A stretch of 64,000 nt of DNA from Bacteroidia bacterium (GCA_965216465.1 CBDCFW010000006.1:768001-832000); one strand, 5' to 3'; positions 51,701 through 61,912 are shown, numbered from the stretch's first letter. Made by a program: numbers and translations. Notes: a model not told the origin generated them from the sequence alone.

Positions 51701-53428
51701 GTTTATTGGAGGTGTAGCATTGTAAACATAAGGCTCCAATCGAAGCGTTGTTCCAGCACAAATAAAGGTGTCAGGACCTAATGATAGGTTTGCTTCAAGC
51801 AAAGGAGGAACTACTAGGGTATCCAAATAAATTGAAGGACAGTTATTTGGTTGATTATTTATGGTATGTTTGATAATATAGGTACCTCCTCGTCTAAATA
51901 AGATGGTATCTTGTTTTTGAAAACTTAAGAATGTTGCCGTAGATCTGAATTTAGCGATCTTAGGATTGAACATAATGTTCGAGTTGCTATCTAAAATTTC
52001 CCATCTATAGGAAGGAGTTCCTCTAAAACCTGTGATTGGTAAACTTTCAAAAGCGTACTCACCACACGGTAAAGTATCAATATCTCTTTCTGCTTCGGCT
52101 CTATGCTTAACCTTTACTCTAAATGATCTCACCGTTACTGCATTTAGCGGACAGGCATTATCTCTTGCCGTGACCGTAAAGGTATAAGGCAGGTCTTTGG
52201 CGTGATTTAGACTTGGTGTCCAACAAAAACGCCCTGTCTGAAGTCTGGCTAGCGGATTAACTATCGTGAACGAGGCTCCTGGGATACCTTGATTCCAAGT
52301 AACTTTTACTGTATCAGGGGGAGGTGCTGTAGCAGGAGGAGGAGGAACATATACAATGTCGTTTGTCGTTACATTGAAGCATATCTGCGAACCGGCACAT
52401 ACGCTATACGAAAAAGGACCATTAATAATCGGGGGATTATTATCTGGGCAACTCATTACAATGAATTGCATGTCTCTTCGCGTTATTCCAATTTGTTTAT
52501 ATGTTCCGGTGCTGTCTTTCCTCCATTCAATCATCTGGACGACCACAACGGCCACTTCAGTACAGTTTACAGGAGTAAAAATTATATCTCCTGTTTCAGG
52601 ATTAAGGTAAGTACCTATTGGCGGTGTAGCATTTGGATTAGTGTAAGGATAATTCAAAGACCCTGGATAATATGTCGCAATTGGATTAAGGTAGGTTCGT
52701 GTACCGTTATAGTTACAAATCAAGTTTTGACCTCTATAAGCCGGAGCAAACGAATAAGATATAGAGTCTAAATCAGCAGTATCAACGGCACCATTGTTGA
52801 ACGAATAGGGTTGGTTACAACACAATATAGCAACCGGATCGTTAGAGAGGGTAGGAGACGAATTACATGGAGCCTGACAAGCATTTATTTCACAAGAAGT
52901 ATAAAATGATTGTTGGCTTTGCCCTGTGGTAATCCCTACATTTCGAACATACAGTAAAACGCTTATTTCAAAATCACAACATCCTCCAGAAATAGAGCTT
53001 CTTAAATCTACTCTTCCGGTAAAAGTGTGTTTTTCAATACCATAAGGAAACGAACCATTGCATGGCTGTTGACATCTACTTTTATCCGTTCTACACGTAG
53101 GAGTTATATCAATGATGCTTTGCCTCGTCATTGATATGGTATTTACGTTGGTTGATTGTCCAGATGTAAGACATTTAACACTTAGCGAAGTAGGTGCAGT
53201 TAAGCTGCTGCCACAATTTTCTGTTGTTCCACATCGTGGAGATTGACCTAAAACATAGCATCCGTTACAATCTCGATAAAAGTTAAATGTAATGTCGTAA
53301 ATACCAGCAGTATCCCCACAGGTATAAGAGATATCAGAACCAATAATGTGATCAGCATAGGTGTGCTTTCCAATAAAACTAGTTATTAAGAATAAGGTAA
53401 AAACTGATATTAGCCGAGAAAGCTTCAT
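48716..53428 (-). CDS. Large Cys-rich PKD-domain surface protein with T9SS type B (CHU_C) sorting domain (start placed at MKLSRL)
   Basis: ADHIIGSDISY N-terminus, PKD (WDFDD, V.L.V), C-terminal YIPNAFTPD...IFNRWGE...WDG...GTITLVR. Confidence 0.85.
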   Translation of the reverse strand: MKLSRLISVFTLFLITSFIGKHTYADHIIGSDISYTCGDTAGIYDITFNFYRDCNGCYVLGQSPRCGTTENCGSSLTAPTSLSVKCLTSGQSTNVNTISMTRQSIIDITPTCRTDKSRCQQPCNGSFPYGIEKHTFTGRVDLRSSISGGCCDFEISVLLYVRNVGITTGQSQQSFYTSCEINACQAPCNSSPTLSNDPVAILCCNQPYSFNNGAVDTADLDSISYSFAPAYRGQNLICNYNGTRTYLNPIATYYPGSLNYPYTNPNATPPIGTYLNPETGDIIFTPVNCTEVAVVVVQMIEWRKDSTGTYKQIGITRRDMQFIVMSCPDNNPPIINGPFSYSVCAGSQICFNVTTNDIVYVPPPPATAPPPDTVKVTWNQGIPGASFTIVNPLARLQTGRFCWTPSLNHAKDLPYTFTVTARDNACPLNAVTVRSFRVKVKHRAEAERDIDTLPCGEYAFESLPITGFRGTPSYRWEILDSNSNIMFNPKIAKFRSTATFLSFQKQDTILFRRGGTYIIKHTINNQPNNCPSIYLDTLVVPPLLEANLSLGPDTFICAGTTLRLEPYVYNATPPINYQWSTMGVTDDGDFQFNVTSNFADTLEFFEIQVPANQVDTAVSIIITDQTGCTSEDTIQVFLKENPQAHLGPDIRLCTYDSTLIIPSYDTAYWVDRILMDTIRQGDTLWKEWYLNGGAIPFSYDDSVTINVRGEYVLKVYDSLGCFDTDTLFLFVNDTVTADAGPDQIHCFDDTVRLAAGGLDTMGNGKSGLYRWYDITSLPRLLLGTNSNYDFPAQTTTEYQLDLYVTEGGVECYDADSILVTVNPLPVIDIKGDKQVCCDYGPISMNFDINSPTGGSWSCWEFPFLVNANTFFTDSACGLINAPATNVRTYVTYGYTDPTTGCYNSDSLQIQVDALPNTYLNETVFCQDAEEVTLKDAVVVSPATYLGTPSWKCLDCNGNDFSNMLVDSGLVAGITDYRLRIGEDYYTLENPDKDTIVLEFTYVNERGCRSKDTVSMQIWRVPTITFSQMDPLCWNDGEVSLNLQSGVNLTDGVWSVVNDTTIGGTTYSNITNLGGLSADSINTFNSNTNGGEYYLRYTHTSTGCPVINDTILIINPLPTITIDPFDRQPPRYCEDMADVPLNVNPTGGTWTSTDPSAIVGGNSFSPGNATVHSSDIWFYYNYTSPSTGCQNVDSISAVVEPLPILSVPNDTVFCRPDGQMALDLNFGINASNHGGVGYYSTDLFGNKDRYTLAGDDQSVDVDIDLITDSAETFRVIVLATGLGSCSDVDDAFDIVVNPIPEADIIPSNPNGCNPVTSDFAVQINNKVNPNTANYAWTMGEGSTSNSPTPTATYTTDGTNNVTLTLTSDKGCVAVFNSSIDVYPLPTADFVPNPNNYTTAALPRFYFTDQSTVPNVLGSTITDHFWDFDDFNNRSGDKSTEKDPSYFYSADTATYHVKLVVTTNYGCKDSFYHPVVVGPDLIVYIPNAFTPDNSGPGQNEGFHAIISGEKTMDLIIFNRWGEIMFQTTEKDKKWDGTYKGLPAQQDVYAYQLKVIALNDKEYTYSGTITLVR

Positions 53429-53497
53429 AACACCAAGACACACAAATATACTAATGTGTTGCTCAAAATGCTCAAAAAATAAGGGGTTTCAGCTGCC

Positions 53498-54823
53498 TTA
53501 TTGCTCAATACTGACTTCAAAAACCATAGAATTAGGGATGACTTTATATTTTTCTGATATTCTATGACCAACAATCCAAATAACTTCTTGGCCTTTTGTA
53601 AGCAGTGGTGTATGGTGCCTGTCGAATCTATTTATCTTGTTATCAATGAAATAATCGCTAACTAATTTTCGACCCTTCATTCCTAAAGGATAAATAAAAT
53701 CGCCTTCTTCCCAATACCGAAGAGTCAGCGGAAAGTCTTGCTCTGTTAAACTAAGAAACTCCTTTAAAGATGAATCCTTTTTTTGTCGTTTGCTGACATT
53801 TTTGATGTTGAATGTTTTATCCGCTAGGGTATAACTACCTTCTTGCTGAATAGTTAATGAGTCTGTTGGAGGGGCAATATTTTCACGCAACAACATGTGC
53901 TTAGCTTGAATCAACAATTTGTGCGTTTTGGAGTGAAATATTTTACCCGGTTGGCCTTTTGTTACTGCAATTGCTTGTTTGCTTTGGGCGTGATTAAATC
54001 CAAAGCTGTCTAAAAAGCGATACAGAATAGCAGCCGGTTGTGGAAAACTTAAAAGGCGTTCAGTGTCAATGAGATATTCGGACGTATCGCGCTGAAAATC
54101 AACAATTAATTCCAGTTCTTTTTGAATAAGATAATTGTAGAGGTCATCTTGTTCTTTAAGAATCTCCATGCTCTTGGAAACCGATTCTTCAAATTCAGGA
54201 AGTTCATTTTTTACAGACGGGAGAACCTTATTCCGAATGATGTTACGCAAATACTTATTCGATGAATTTGAACTGTCTTCTCGATAGCTAATCTCTTTTG
54301 AGTTCACATATTCTTGAATTTCAGCAGATCGTATATTGAGCATCGGACGTAGAACGAAATCTCTTTTATCAGGGATTCCTTTTAAACCGCTTATGCCTGA
54401 AACTCTAATGAGGTTAATGAAAAACGTTTCGATTGAATCATCTTGGTGATGAGCTGTAATCAAGTGACTAAACTTACCACTTTGATACAATTCGTCGAAG
54501 TATTGATAACGCAAATCTCTTGCGGCTTCCTGAACAGACAGCTGATGTTCATCTTGATAAGCGATCGTATCAAATGATTGCGTATAGACTTCTTTACAAG
54601 CACTCAATTTGAGACCAAGATTTTCTACAAAAATTTGATCGTCATTGCTCTCTTTACCTCTCAAATTAAAGTTACAGTGAACCATCACAAAAGGAATATT
54701 AAGCTCGTTTAGCATGTAGGCACAAGCCACAGAATCTCTTCCACCACTAATGGCTAGACCAACAAGCTGTTCATTACTGTTTTGTAGATACTCCTCACAA
54801 TATTGTCGAAATCGATCAATCAC
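53498..54823 (-). CDS. tilS: tRNA(Ile)-lysidine synthetase
   Basis: AISGGRDS, HCNFNLRG, ARDLRY, TAHHQDD, RPML, EDSSN, RN.IR. Confidence 0.95.
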   Translation of the reverse strand: MIDRFRQYCEEYLQNSNEQLVGLAISGGRDSVACAYMLNELNIPFVMVHCNFNLRGKESNDDQIFVENLGLKLSACKEVYTQSFDTIAYQDEHQLSVQEAARDLRYQYFDELYQSGKFSHLITAHHQDDSIETFFINLIRVSGISGLKGIPDKRDFVLRPMLNIRSAEIQEYVNSKEISYREDSSNSSNKYLRNIIRNKVLPSVKNELPEFEESVSKSMEILKEQDDLYNYLIQKELELIVDFQRDTSEYLIDTERLLSFPQPAAILYRFLDSFGFNHAQSKQAIAVTKGQPGKIFHSKTHKLLIQAKHMLLRENIAPPTDSLTIQQEGSYTLADKTFNIKNVSKRQKKDSSLKEFLSLTEQDFPLTLRYWEEGDFIYPLGMKGRKLVSDYFIDNKINRFDRHHTPLLTKGQEVIWIVGHRISEKYKVIPNSMVFEVSIEQ

Positions 54824-54938
54824 TGGTCTAAATTCACCACAAACTTAAAGAATTAGCAAGCTAATCGACTTAGAGTCTTCGTTTGTGTATTCGAATACAT
54901 AAAGAATAAGCTTCATGTTTTACTATTGCAGAATCAAA

Positions 54939-56459
54939 ATGATTAGACGGGTCGTACATATGCTGGGTGGCATTATTTGCCTAATGAGCCTAGGGAGTGT
55001 AGAAGGTTATGCTCAAGATTCTCCGCCTAAGAAAACAAAAATTGAAATTATTGGGGCCGATGAACTAGTCTATAATCAGCAAGTTGGTCGATACCAAATT
55101 TGCAGAGGAAATGTACGGTTCAAGCAAGGAGAAGTCTACATGGATTGTGATAGTGCTCGATTTTATGAAGAAATCAATCGTATTGAAGCATTTGGAAGCA
55201 TCTACATAAGGCAAAAAGATACCATGGACTTGTGGGGTGATTACTTAGATTATGATGGCGACTTACGTTTGGCGAATGTTTCTAAAAATGTTAGAATGAC
55301 CGACGGCACAATGACCTTGAAAACCGATCAAATTTCATACGACCTTGATCAAAAAATTGGTTATTATACCACAGGTGGACACATTGATAATGGAGAAGAT
55401 AAGCTATACAGCAAGAGAGGAACTTATTTCTCACGTAGCAAGGAATTCTTTTTTAAAGATAGTGTTATTCTAGAAAATAAGGACTACGTAATGACCTCAG
55501 ATACACTGAGTTATCATACCGTATCTAAAGTAGCAAGGTTTTATGGCCCGACCTATATCACCAGCGAAGAAAATACCATTTTTTGCAACTACGGTTGGTA
55601 CGATACGAAAAACGAAATTTCTCAGTTCAGCAAGGGAGCTTACATCGAAGGAAAGGAAAACAAACTGGAAGCCGACAGCATGATGTATTTTAGAAACACA
55701 GGGTTTGGAGAAGGTTTTGGAAATTTGAAGTTGACTGATACCGTTCAACAAGTGGTCATAACAGGCCAGTATGGGACCTATAATAGATTAGAAAAAATAA
55801 CGACAATAACCGGAGATCCACAGGCGACTAAAGAAATTGATGGAGATTTTATGTTTCTGAAAGCAGATACACTGATTGACATCAATGACTCGCTCGAACA
55901 TAGAAGTTTGCTTGCTTTTCATAATGTAAAAGTTTACAAATCAGACATGCAAGCAAAGTCTGATTCTCTCGCATACTCATTCTCAGACAGTACAATTCAC
56001 TTGTATACAGATCCTATTTTGTGGACCGATAGTAATCAAATAACAGGCGATACCATTATTATATTCAGAGGCGATAATGGTTTAGAAAAACTTAAAGCCT
56101 TCAATAATGGATTTGTAGCGGAAAAAGACATAAACGGCTTCTTTAATCAAATTGCTGGAAAAACCATTGATGCCTATTTCAGTTCAGGAGATCTAAATAG
56201 GATAGACGTGAAAGGAAATGGGCAAAGCGTTTACTATGCGATGGAAGATAGTGTGACTTATTCTGGTGTTAATGACGTGCTTTGTGGCAAGATGACTATA
56301 CGTATGGATTCTTCTAACCAAGTGAGAACCATAACCTTCTATAATCAGCCAAAATCTACCTTCTATCCATTGCAAAAATTTCCATCAAGTAAAAGTCAAT
56401 TACCGGGCCTTGAGTGGAGAACTAAGTTGCGTCCAAGAAGCACCGATTTCGCAAAATGA
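54939..56459 (+). CDS. OstA/LptA-like beta-jellyroll protein
   Basis: GNVRFKQG..M.CDSA, repeated ADS/GD beta motifs, ITGDTI, V.GNGQSVYY. Confidence 0.78.
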   Translation: MIRRVVHMLGGIICLMSLGSVEGYAQDSPPKKTKIEIIGADELVYNQQVGRYQICRGNVRFKQGEVYMDCDSARFYEEINRIEAFGSIYIRQKDTMDLWGDYLDYDGDLRLANVSKNVRMTDGTMTLKTDQISYDLDQKIGYYTTGGHIDNGEDKLYSKRGTYFSRSKEFFFKDSVILENKDYVMTSDTLSYHTVSKVARFYGPTYITSEENTIFCNYGWYDTKNEISQFSKGAYIEGKENKLEADSMMYFRNTGFGEGFGNLKLTDTVQQVVITGQYGTYNRLEKITTITGDPQATKEIDGDFMFLKADTLIDINDSLEHRSLLAFHNVKVYKSDMQAKSDSLAYSFSDSTIHLYTDPILWTDSNQITGDTIIIFRGDNGLEKLKAFNNGFVAEKDINGFFNQIAGKTIDAYFSSGDLNRIDVKGNGQSVYYAMEDSVTYSGVNDVLCGKMTIRMDSSNQVRTITFYNQPKSTFYPLQKFPSSKSQLPGLEWRTKLRPRSTDFAK

Positions 56460-56460
56460 T

Positions 56461-56468
56461 TACCTTTG
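56461..56468 (+). promoter_or_regulatory. -7 box of the desaturase gene
   Basis: TACCTTTG followed by CA, 19 nt before the ATG. Confidence 0.6.
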
Positions 56469-56487
56469 CACCTAATTAATTAAAATT

Positions 56488-57585
56488 ATGGGAAATTTAG
56501 CTTTACCAAAATTTAAGTCTGCAGCCGGAAGTAATTTCAGTCGTGAGCTTAGAGCCAACGTTGAGAACTACTTCAGACAGAGCAACATATCTAAGTTTGC
56601 AGATGGTCGACTTAAAGCAAAAGCTGCTATTTTACTAATTACCTTCTTTGGTACGTATGTAGCAATTTTAACCCTTGGATTGCCAGTATGGGCAATGTTC
56701 CTAATGTGCATCGTGATGGGTGTGTCTAAAGCAGGAATTGGAATGGGAGTAATGCACGATGCGAATCATGGTTCATTCTCTAAAAATCCAAAAGTGAACA
56801 AATTCTTCGGTAAATCTGCCGATGTTCTTGGAGTTAGCTCAAATAACTGGATTAATCAACATAACAAACTACATCATACCTATACCAATATTCATGGTCA
56901 TGATGAAGATGTTGATGGTAAAGGATTATTCCGTTTTACACCGGATGCTCCTCATAGAAAAATGCACAGATTTCAGCACTTTTACTGGACTATTTTTTAT
57001 GGTTTCTTAACACTAGGATGGTTCTTCGCTGATATCAAAGCGTATAAAAAATATCGAGAAAGAGGTCTAAACAGAAGTACTGGAAGTAAGAAAGCTAGAG
57101 AAATTAGCGAGATTGTATTCTTTAAGTTGTTCTACGTTGCCTACATGATAGTTCTTCCAATGCTTGTCTTAAATGTGAGCTGGTGGGTTGTTTTGCTAGG
57201 TGTTTTAACTGTAGAGTTCACGGCAGGAATGATTCTTTCTGTAATTTTCCAGATGGCACACGTAGTTGACAAGTTTGACCTGTCAAATCATGACAAGTTT
57301 GATGGTGAAACAAAAGACGAGTGGACTGTACACCAAATCAAAAACACTTTCGACTTTGCTGTAAATAACAAATTGATTACTTGGTATTGTGGAGGTCTAA
57401 ACTATCAAGTAGAACATCATTTGTTCCCGAATATTTCGCATGCTCACTACCCAAAATTGTATCAAATCGTTAAAGAAACTGCGAAGAAATACAATGTTGA
57501 TTATCAAGAGTTCAAAACGTTCAGAGCAGCATTCAGATCGCACTTAACTTTTTTAAGAAAGTTAGGTAAGCCTGTTTTAGCTTAA
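56488..57585 (+). CDS. Membrane fatty acid (acyl-CoA) desaturase
   Basis: His boxes HDANH, HNKLHH, QVEHH. Confidence 0.92.
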   Translation: MGNLALPKFKSAAGSNFSRELRANVENYFRQSNISKFADGRLKAKAAILLITFFGTYVAILTLGLPVWAMFLMCIVMGVSKAGIGMGVMHDANHGSFSKNPKVNKFFGKSADVLGVSSNNWINQHNKLHHTYTNIHGHDEDVDGKGLFRFTPDAPHRKMHRFQHFYWTIFYGFLTLGWFFADIKAYKKYRERGLNRSTGSKKAREISEIVFFKLFYVAYMIVLPMLVLNVSWWVVLLGVLTVEFTAGMILSVIFQMAHVVDKFDLSNHDKFDGETKDEWTVHQIKNTFDFAVNNKLITWYCGGLNYQVEHHLFPNISHAHYPKLYQIVKETAKKYNVDYQEFKTFRAAFRSHLTFLRKLGKPVLA

Positions 57586-57706
57586 TCAGAAGCTACTATC
57601 CTGTACTATTTATAAAACACTTGCGTTTATAAGTATACGCCTTCTATTCCCTTAGTTACAAGCATTTACACGCTCTTTTGTAGAAAGGAATATTTATTGG
57701 TGTTTT

Positions 57707-60622
57707 ATGGTTAGAATGTTTAAGCAGGTAGTTTTATTAATATTGGTTTTATGTACGTCAGCATTGTTTGCTCCGCCAAACGATGTACAAAATCATATTT
57801 CAAAAACATGGGCAGAAAACACCTTTGATTCGTTAACCGTTGATGAACGAATAGCTCAGCTATTTATGATCGAAGTTCGTCCTACCTACGGAGCTAAACA
57901 CTTAGCAGAAGTCGAAAAAACCATTAAAAATCACCAAGTCGGAGGAGTAATCTTCTTTAAAGGAGACCCAACTCAACAAGTTAAACTTACTAATAAGTAC
58001 CAAGATCTATCTAAGACAAAAATGCTTGTTGCCATAGATGGAGAATGGGGCTTGGCCATGCGTCTTTCTAATACAGTCTCTTATCCTTATCAATTAGGTT
58101 TAGGAAGTATTCAGAACAGTCAGGTTGTATATGAAATGGGTAAGGAGATAGGGAGACAATGCAATCGCATGGGTATACATGTAAACTTTGCTCCGGTAAT
58201 TGATGTTAACAATAATCCAAATAATCCTGTAATCAACTACAGATCATTCGGTGAGAATCCAGAAAAGGTGGCTAAAATGGGATGGGCCTATGCTTCTGGA
58301 ATGCAAGATGCAGGAGTGGTTGCTTGTGCAAAGCACTTCCCAGGTCATGGCGATACAGATGTCGATTCTCATAAAGATCTTCCCGTTATCAATCATTCAA
58401 TGGAACGTCTACGAAAGGTAGAATTCGTACCGTTCCAGCATCTTACTAAAAAAGGTGTAATGTCGGTTATGACCGCCCACCTATTTATTCCTGCAATCGA
58501 TAACAGGAACAACATCGCCATTAGTATATCAGATAAGGCGATTAACGGAATTCTAAGACGTGAAATGGGATTCACAGGTTTGTCGTTTACCGATGCTTTG
58601 AACATGCAGGGCGTTGCTAAATATCATCCAGATGGTGAACTAGAACTAAAAGCTTTAGCGGCAGGAAATGATATTCTGTTAGCTCCTGGAGATATTCCAA
58701 AGGCAACTAGGTTGATTAAAAAAGCCATGAGCGACGGAGTGATTAGTGAAGAATATGTTTGGGGTAAAGTGCTTAAGATTCTAAATTATAAGCATGCTTT
58801 AGGACTCAATAAATTTGAAAAGCTTGATGAAGAAAATGTAGAGGAAGATTTAAATAATGCCCGAGCAAAGCATATCAATTATAAGCTAATAGAACAAGAG
58901 TTATGCTTGGTTAAAGACGACAATAAGATTGTTCCTATTCAACCACATAGCAAGAAGAAATTAATCTCGATTTCAATCGGTGAAGGTACTAAAACAAATT
59001 TTCAGAGAGAACTTGCGAAGTTTGGGGTAACAAAATTTCTTACCATCAGTAAAAATGCTTCAACTTCCCAATTCAATGCTTTGAAAGCTCAACTAAAAAA
59101 TTACGACTATGCAATTATTAGCTTGCACAATACAAGTAAATATCCACCAACATTTGGCATAACAAGTCAATCTAGCAAGTTTGTGAGAGAAGTAAATGCA
59201 TCAAACAAAACATTGCTTGTAAACTTTGGAAATCCATATAACCTAAAGAATTTCAACGGTCAGAAATCAGTGTTAATGGCGTATGAAGATAAACCTGCAA
59301 ATCATGTTAAAGCAGCTCAAGCATTGTTTGGAGTTATTGGGGTGAATGGAACTTTACCTATTACGGTAGGCGGTGATTTTCTGGTTGACATGGGTGTAAC
59401 TACAAAGCCTGTAAGTGAACTCAATGCAGGAATTCCGGAAGAGGTAGGAATGTCAAGTGCAAAGCTGAGCAAAATTGACAAAATCGCTAAAAGAGCCGTT
59501 CAAATTGGAGCTACTCCAGGATGTCAAGTTTACGTGGTTAAAGATGGAAGAGTGGTGTACAATAAGAGCTTTGGACATCATTCAACTAACAGTTCTAAAG
59601 AAGTTGAGAATTCAGACCTCTATGATCTAGCATCTATTACAAAAGTGGCTGCCACTACCTTAAGCTTAATGAAGCTTGTTGATGATGGGGAAATTGCACT
59701 CGATGATAAAATGGCCAAGTACCTTCCAGAGTTATGGGAAACTAATAAAGCGTACATCACCATTCGAATGGTATTGGAGCATAAGGCTGGTCTCAAACCT
59801 TGGATCCCATTCTACTATGAGACCATTGACAATCCAACTATTTATGATTCTGTGTACTCAACCACGAAAACAGACCTACACACAATCGACGTAGGTAATG
59901 GTATTTATATGCTTGAATCGTACAAAGAGCATATTTTCAATCAAATTTACGAATCACCGTTAGGTCCTAAGGGCAGATACAAGTACAGTGATTTAGGTAT
60001 GATTTTAATGAAAGAGCTTATTGAACGCGTTACAGGTACAAATTTCGAGAATTACGTAAATACCACATTCTATGCACCTCTAAACCTGCATAGGCTAACC
60101 TTTTTACCACTTGACAAGTATGAAAAACGCGAAATAGTTCCAACTTCATTAAGCCCAGATATGCGAAAAGGACTTGTACATGGTAATGTTCATGATCCGG
60201 GTGCAGCCATGTTAGGTGGAGTATCAGGACATGCAGGGTTGTTTGGAAATGCTGAATCACTAGCTATTCTTATGCAAATGATTATGAACGGAGGAACATA
60301 CAATAATGTACGATATCTTAAACAAGAAACCGTAGATCAATTCACTAAAAGGCAAGCTTCAGATTCGCGTAGAGGATTAGGTTTTGACAAACCTGAATTT
60401 AATAAAAGAAGAATTAATCCTGCATCAGATTATGCTTCAAGAGATTGTTTTGGGCATACCGGATTCACAGGCACCATGACCTGGGCTGACCCTAAGTACG
60501 ATTTGGTTTATGTTTTCTTATCAAACCGTGTATATCCCAACCAAGACAATAAAAAGTTAATTACAGAAGGCGTAAGAACCGAAATAATGGATGTTATTTA
60601 CCAAAGTTTTCTGTTTCACTAG
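57707..60622 (+). CDS. GH3 beta-N-acetylglucosaminidase fused to a beta-lactamase-fold serine hydrolase
   Basis: DGEWG, KHFPGHGDTDVDSH (NagZ signature), TDAL; C-terminal SITK, YSD, GHTG. Confidence 0.9.
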   Translation: MVRMFKQVVLLILVLCTSALFAPPNDVQNHISKTWAENTFDSLTVDERIAQLFMIEVRPTYGAKHLAEVEKTIKNHQVGGVIFFKGDPTQQVKLTNKYQDLSKTKMLVAIDGEWGLAMRLSNTVSYPYQLGLGSIQNSQVVYEMGKEIGRQCNRMGIHVNFAPVIDVNNNPNNPVINYRSFGENPEKVAKMGWAYASGMQDAGVVACAKHFPGHGDTDVDSHKDLPVINHSMERLRKVEFVPFQHLTKKGVMSVMTAHLFIPAIDNRNNIAISISDKAINGILRREMGFTGLSFTDALNMQGVAKYHPDGELELKALAAGNDILLAPGDIPKATRLIKKAMSDGVISEEYVWGKVLKILNYKHALGLNKFEKLDEENVEEDLNNARAKHINYKLIEQELCLVKDDNKIVPIQPHSKKKLISISIGEGTKTNFQRELAKFGVTKFLTISKNASTSQFNALKAQLKNYDYAIISLHNTSKYPPTFGITSQSSKFVREVNASNKTLLVNFGNPYNLKNFNGQKSVLMAYEDKPANHVKAAQALFGVIGVNGTLPITVGGDFLVDMGVTTKPVSELNAGIPEEVGMSSAKLSKIDKIAKRAVQIGATPGCQVYVVKDGRVVYNKSFGHHSTNSSKEVENSDLYDLASITKVAATTLSLMKLVDDGEIALDDKMAKYLPELWETNKAYITIRMVLEHKAGLKPWIPFYYETIDNPTIYDSVYSTTKTDLHTIDVGNGIYMLESYKEHIFNQIYESPLGPKGRYKYSDLGMILMKELIERVTGTNFENYVNTTFYAPLNLHRLTFLPLDKYEKREIVPTSLSPDMRKGLVHGNVHDPGAAMLGGVSGHAGLFGNAESLAILMQMIMNGGTYNNVRYLKQETVDQFTKRQASDSRRGLGFDKPEFNKRRINPASDYASRDCFGHTGFTGTMTWADPKYDLVYVFLSNRVYPNQDNKKLITEGVRTEIMDVIYQSFLFH

Positions 60623-60672
60623 GATTTCGGCATTATTTTTGGATTTCTATTAACAAACAAATTTCAAATCAT

Positions 60673-61398
60673 ATGAAAAAGACACTTATTGCATTGATGA
60701 TGATCTTCACACTTAGCTCGTGCAACGAACTGATAAAAGTTCTAGAAACGGCAAGTACGATTGAAGGGATAACAGAAGGAGAAGCAGTTTCAGGCTTGAA
60801 ACAAGCTTTAGAATTTGGCGTTGACAACGGAACCTCTTTTCTAGGGGCTAAAGACGGCTTTCTAAAAAATGCGGCATACAAAGTTTTAATGCCTGAAGAA
60901 GTAAGAGAAGCTGAACAAAAAATTAGAAACAATATGGTTGCAAATGCTTTAGCTGGACCTTACCTCGATAAAGTGGTTACTGCAATGAACAGAGGTGCTG
61001 AGAATGCCATGGCTGAAGCAAAGCCGATTTTTGTTAATGCCATTAAGCAAATGACGATAAAAGATGCAATCCAAATTGTAAAAGGAGGAGATGGTGCAGC
61101 TACAGATTACCTCAAAAGAGTTACTTCAGCACAGCTTAAAGAAAAGTTCACTCCAGTCATTAAAAACTCATTGGATGGTGTGAACATTAACGATCCTTGG
61201 ACTAAGGTTAGTTCTGCCTACAACATGGTAATGGGTAAACAAGTTGAGACAGATTTAAATGATTACGTAACGGATAGAGCTATGGATGCACTGTTCAAGC
61301 AAATAAGACAAGAAGAAGATAAAATCAGGGAAGACCCCTTGGCTAGAGTAACTCCTATTTTGAAAAAGGTGTTCGATTATGCCGATGAGTATAAATAA
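60673..61398 (+). CDS. DUF4197 lipoprotein
   Basis: Lipobox LSSC, GLKQAL, MNRGAE.A, ATDYL, EE.KIR.DP..R. Confidence 0.88.
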   Translation: MKKTLIALMMIFTLSSCNELIKVLETASTIEGITEGEAVSGLKQALEFGVDNGTSFLGAKDGFLKNAAYKVLMPEEVREAEQKIRNNMVANALAGPYLDKVVTAMNRGAENAMAEAKPIFVNAIKQMTIKDAIQIVKGGDGAATDYLKRVTSAQLKEKFTPVIKNSLDGVNINDPWTKVSSAYNMVMGKQVETDLNDYVTDRAMDALFKQIRQEEDKIREDPLARVTPILKKVFDYADEYK

Positions 61399-61912
61399 TC
61401 CTGAAATACATACAAATTGGAAAAAGCAACTGCTCTTGGTGGTTGCTTTTTTGATTTTAGTGCTTCCCAGTGCAAAGTTCAGCATTGAGCTGGGTAAAGT
61501 AGACTTCACCTTGCAAACGCTGGCTCTCGGAGTGGCATACACGCAATTGCGAAGAGGTTATGGGCTTCTTCTAGTACTTCTTTATATTGGTATAGGAATA
61601 GCTGGGCTAGATGTTTTCAGCGGAGGACAAGGTTGGGATTATGTAAGTTCAGACGCTCTGGGCTTTTTCATTGGTTTTGTTATAACATCCTTGCATCCAA
61701 AACCAACAAAAAAAACAGGAAGCATTTTTCTATACTTCCTGTTAATTCAATCGATTATTTTAATCATAGGATTTTATGTAATGGGCAAGTACAACGGCTT
61801 TATTCAGCCTTGGTTTCAAATTGCTAAACCCTTACTGCCTGGCCTAGTCATTAAAAGTATAATAGGCACCTATTTGGTCAACATACTTGACAAATATCTT
61901 AAGCTTCGATAG
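61385..61912 (+). CDS. bioY: BioY family biotin transporter
   Basis: V.FTLQTL, Y..IG..GL.VFSGG, GFFIGF. Confidence 0.75.
   Translation: MSINNPEIHTNWKKQLLLVVAFLILVLPSAKFSIELGKVDFTLQTLALGVAYTQLRRGYGLLLVLLYIGIGIAGLDVFSGGQGWDYVSSDALGFFIGFVITSLHPKPTKKTGSIFLYFLLIQSIILIIGFYVMGKYNGFIQPWFQIAKPLLPGLVIKSIIGTYLVNILDKYLKLR

Noticed and set aside
57707-60622. Beta-lactamase-like domain as a resistance gene or novel fusion
   Set aside because: GH3 + serine-hydrolase fusions are common in Bacteroidota and fit peptidoglycan recycling
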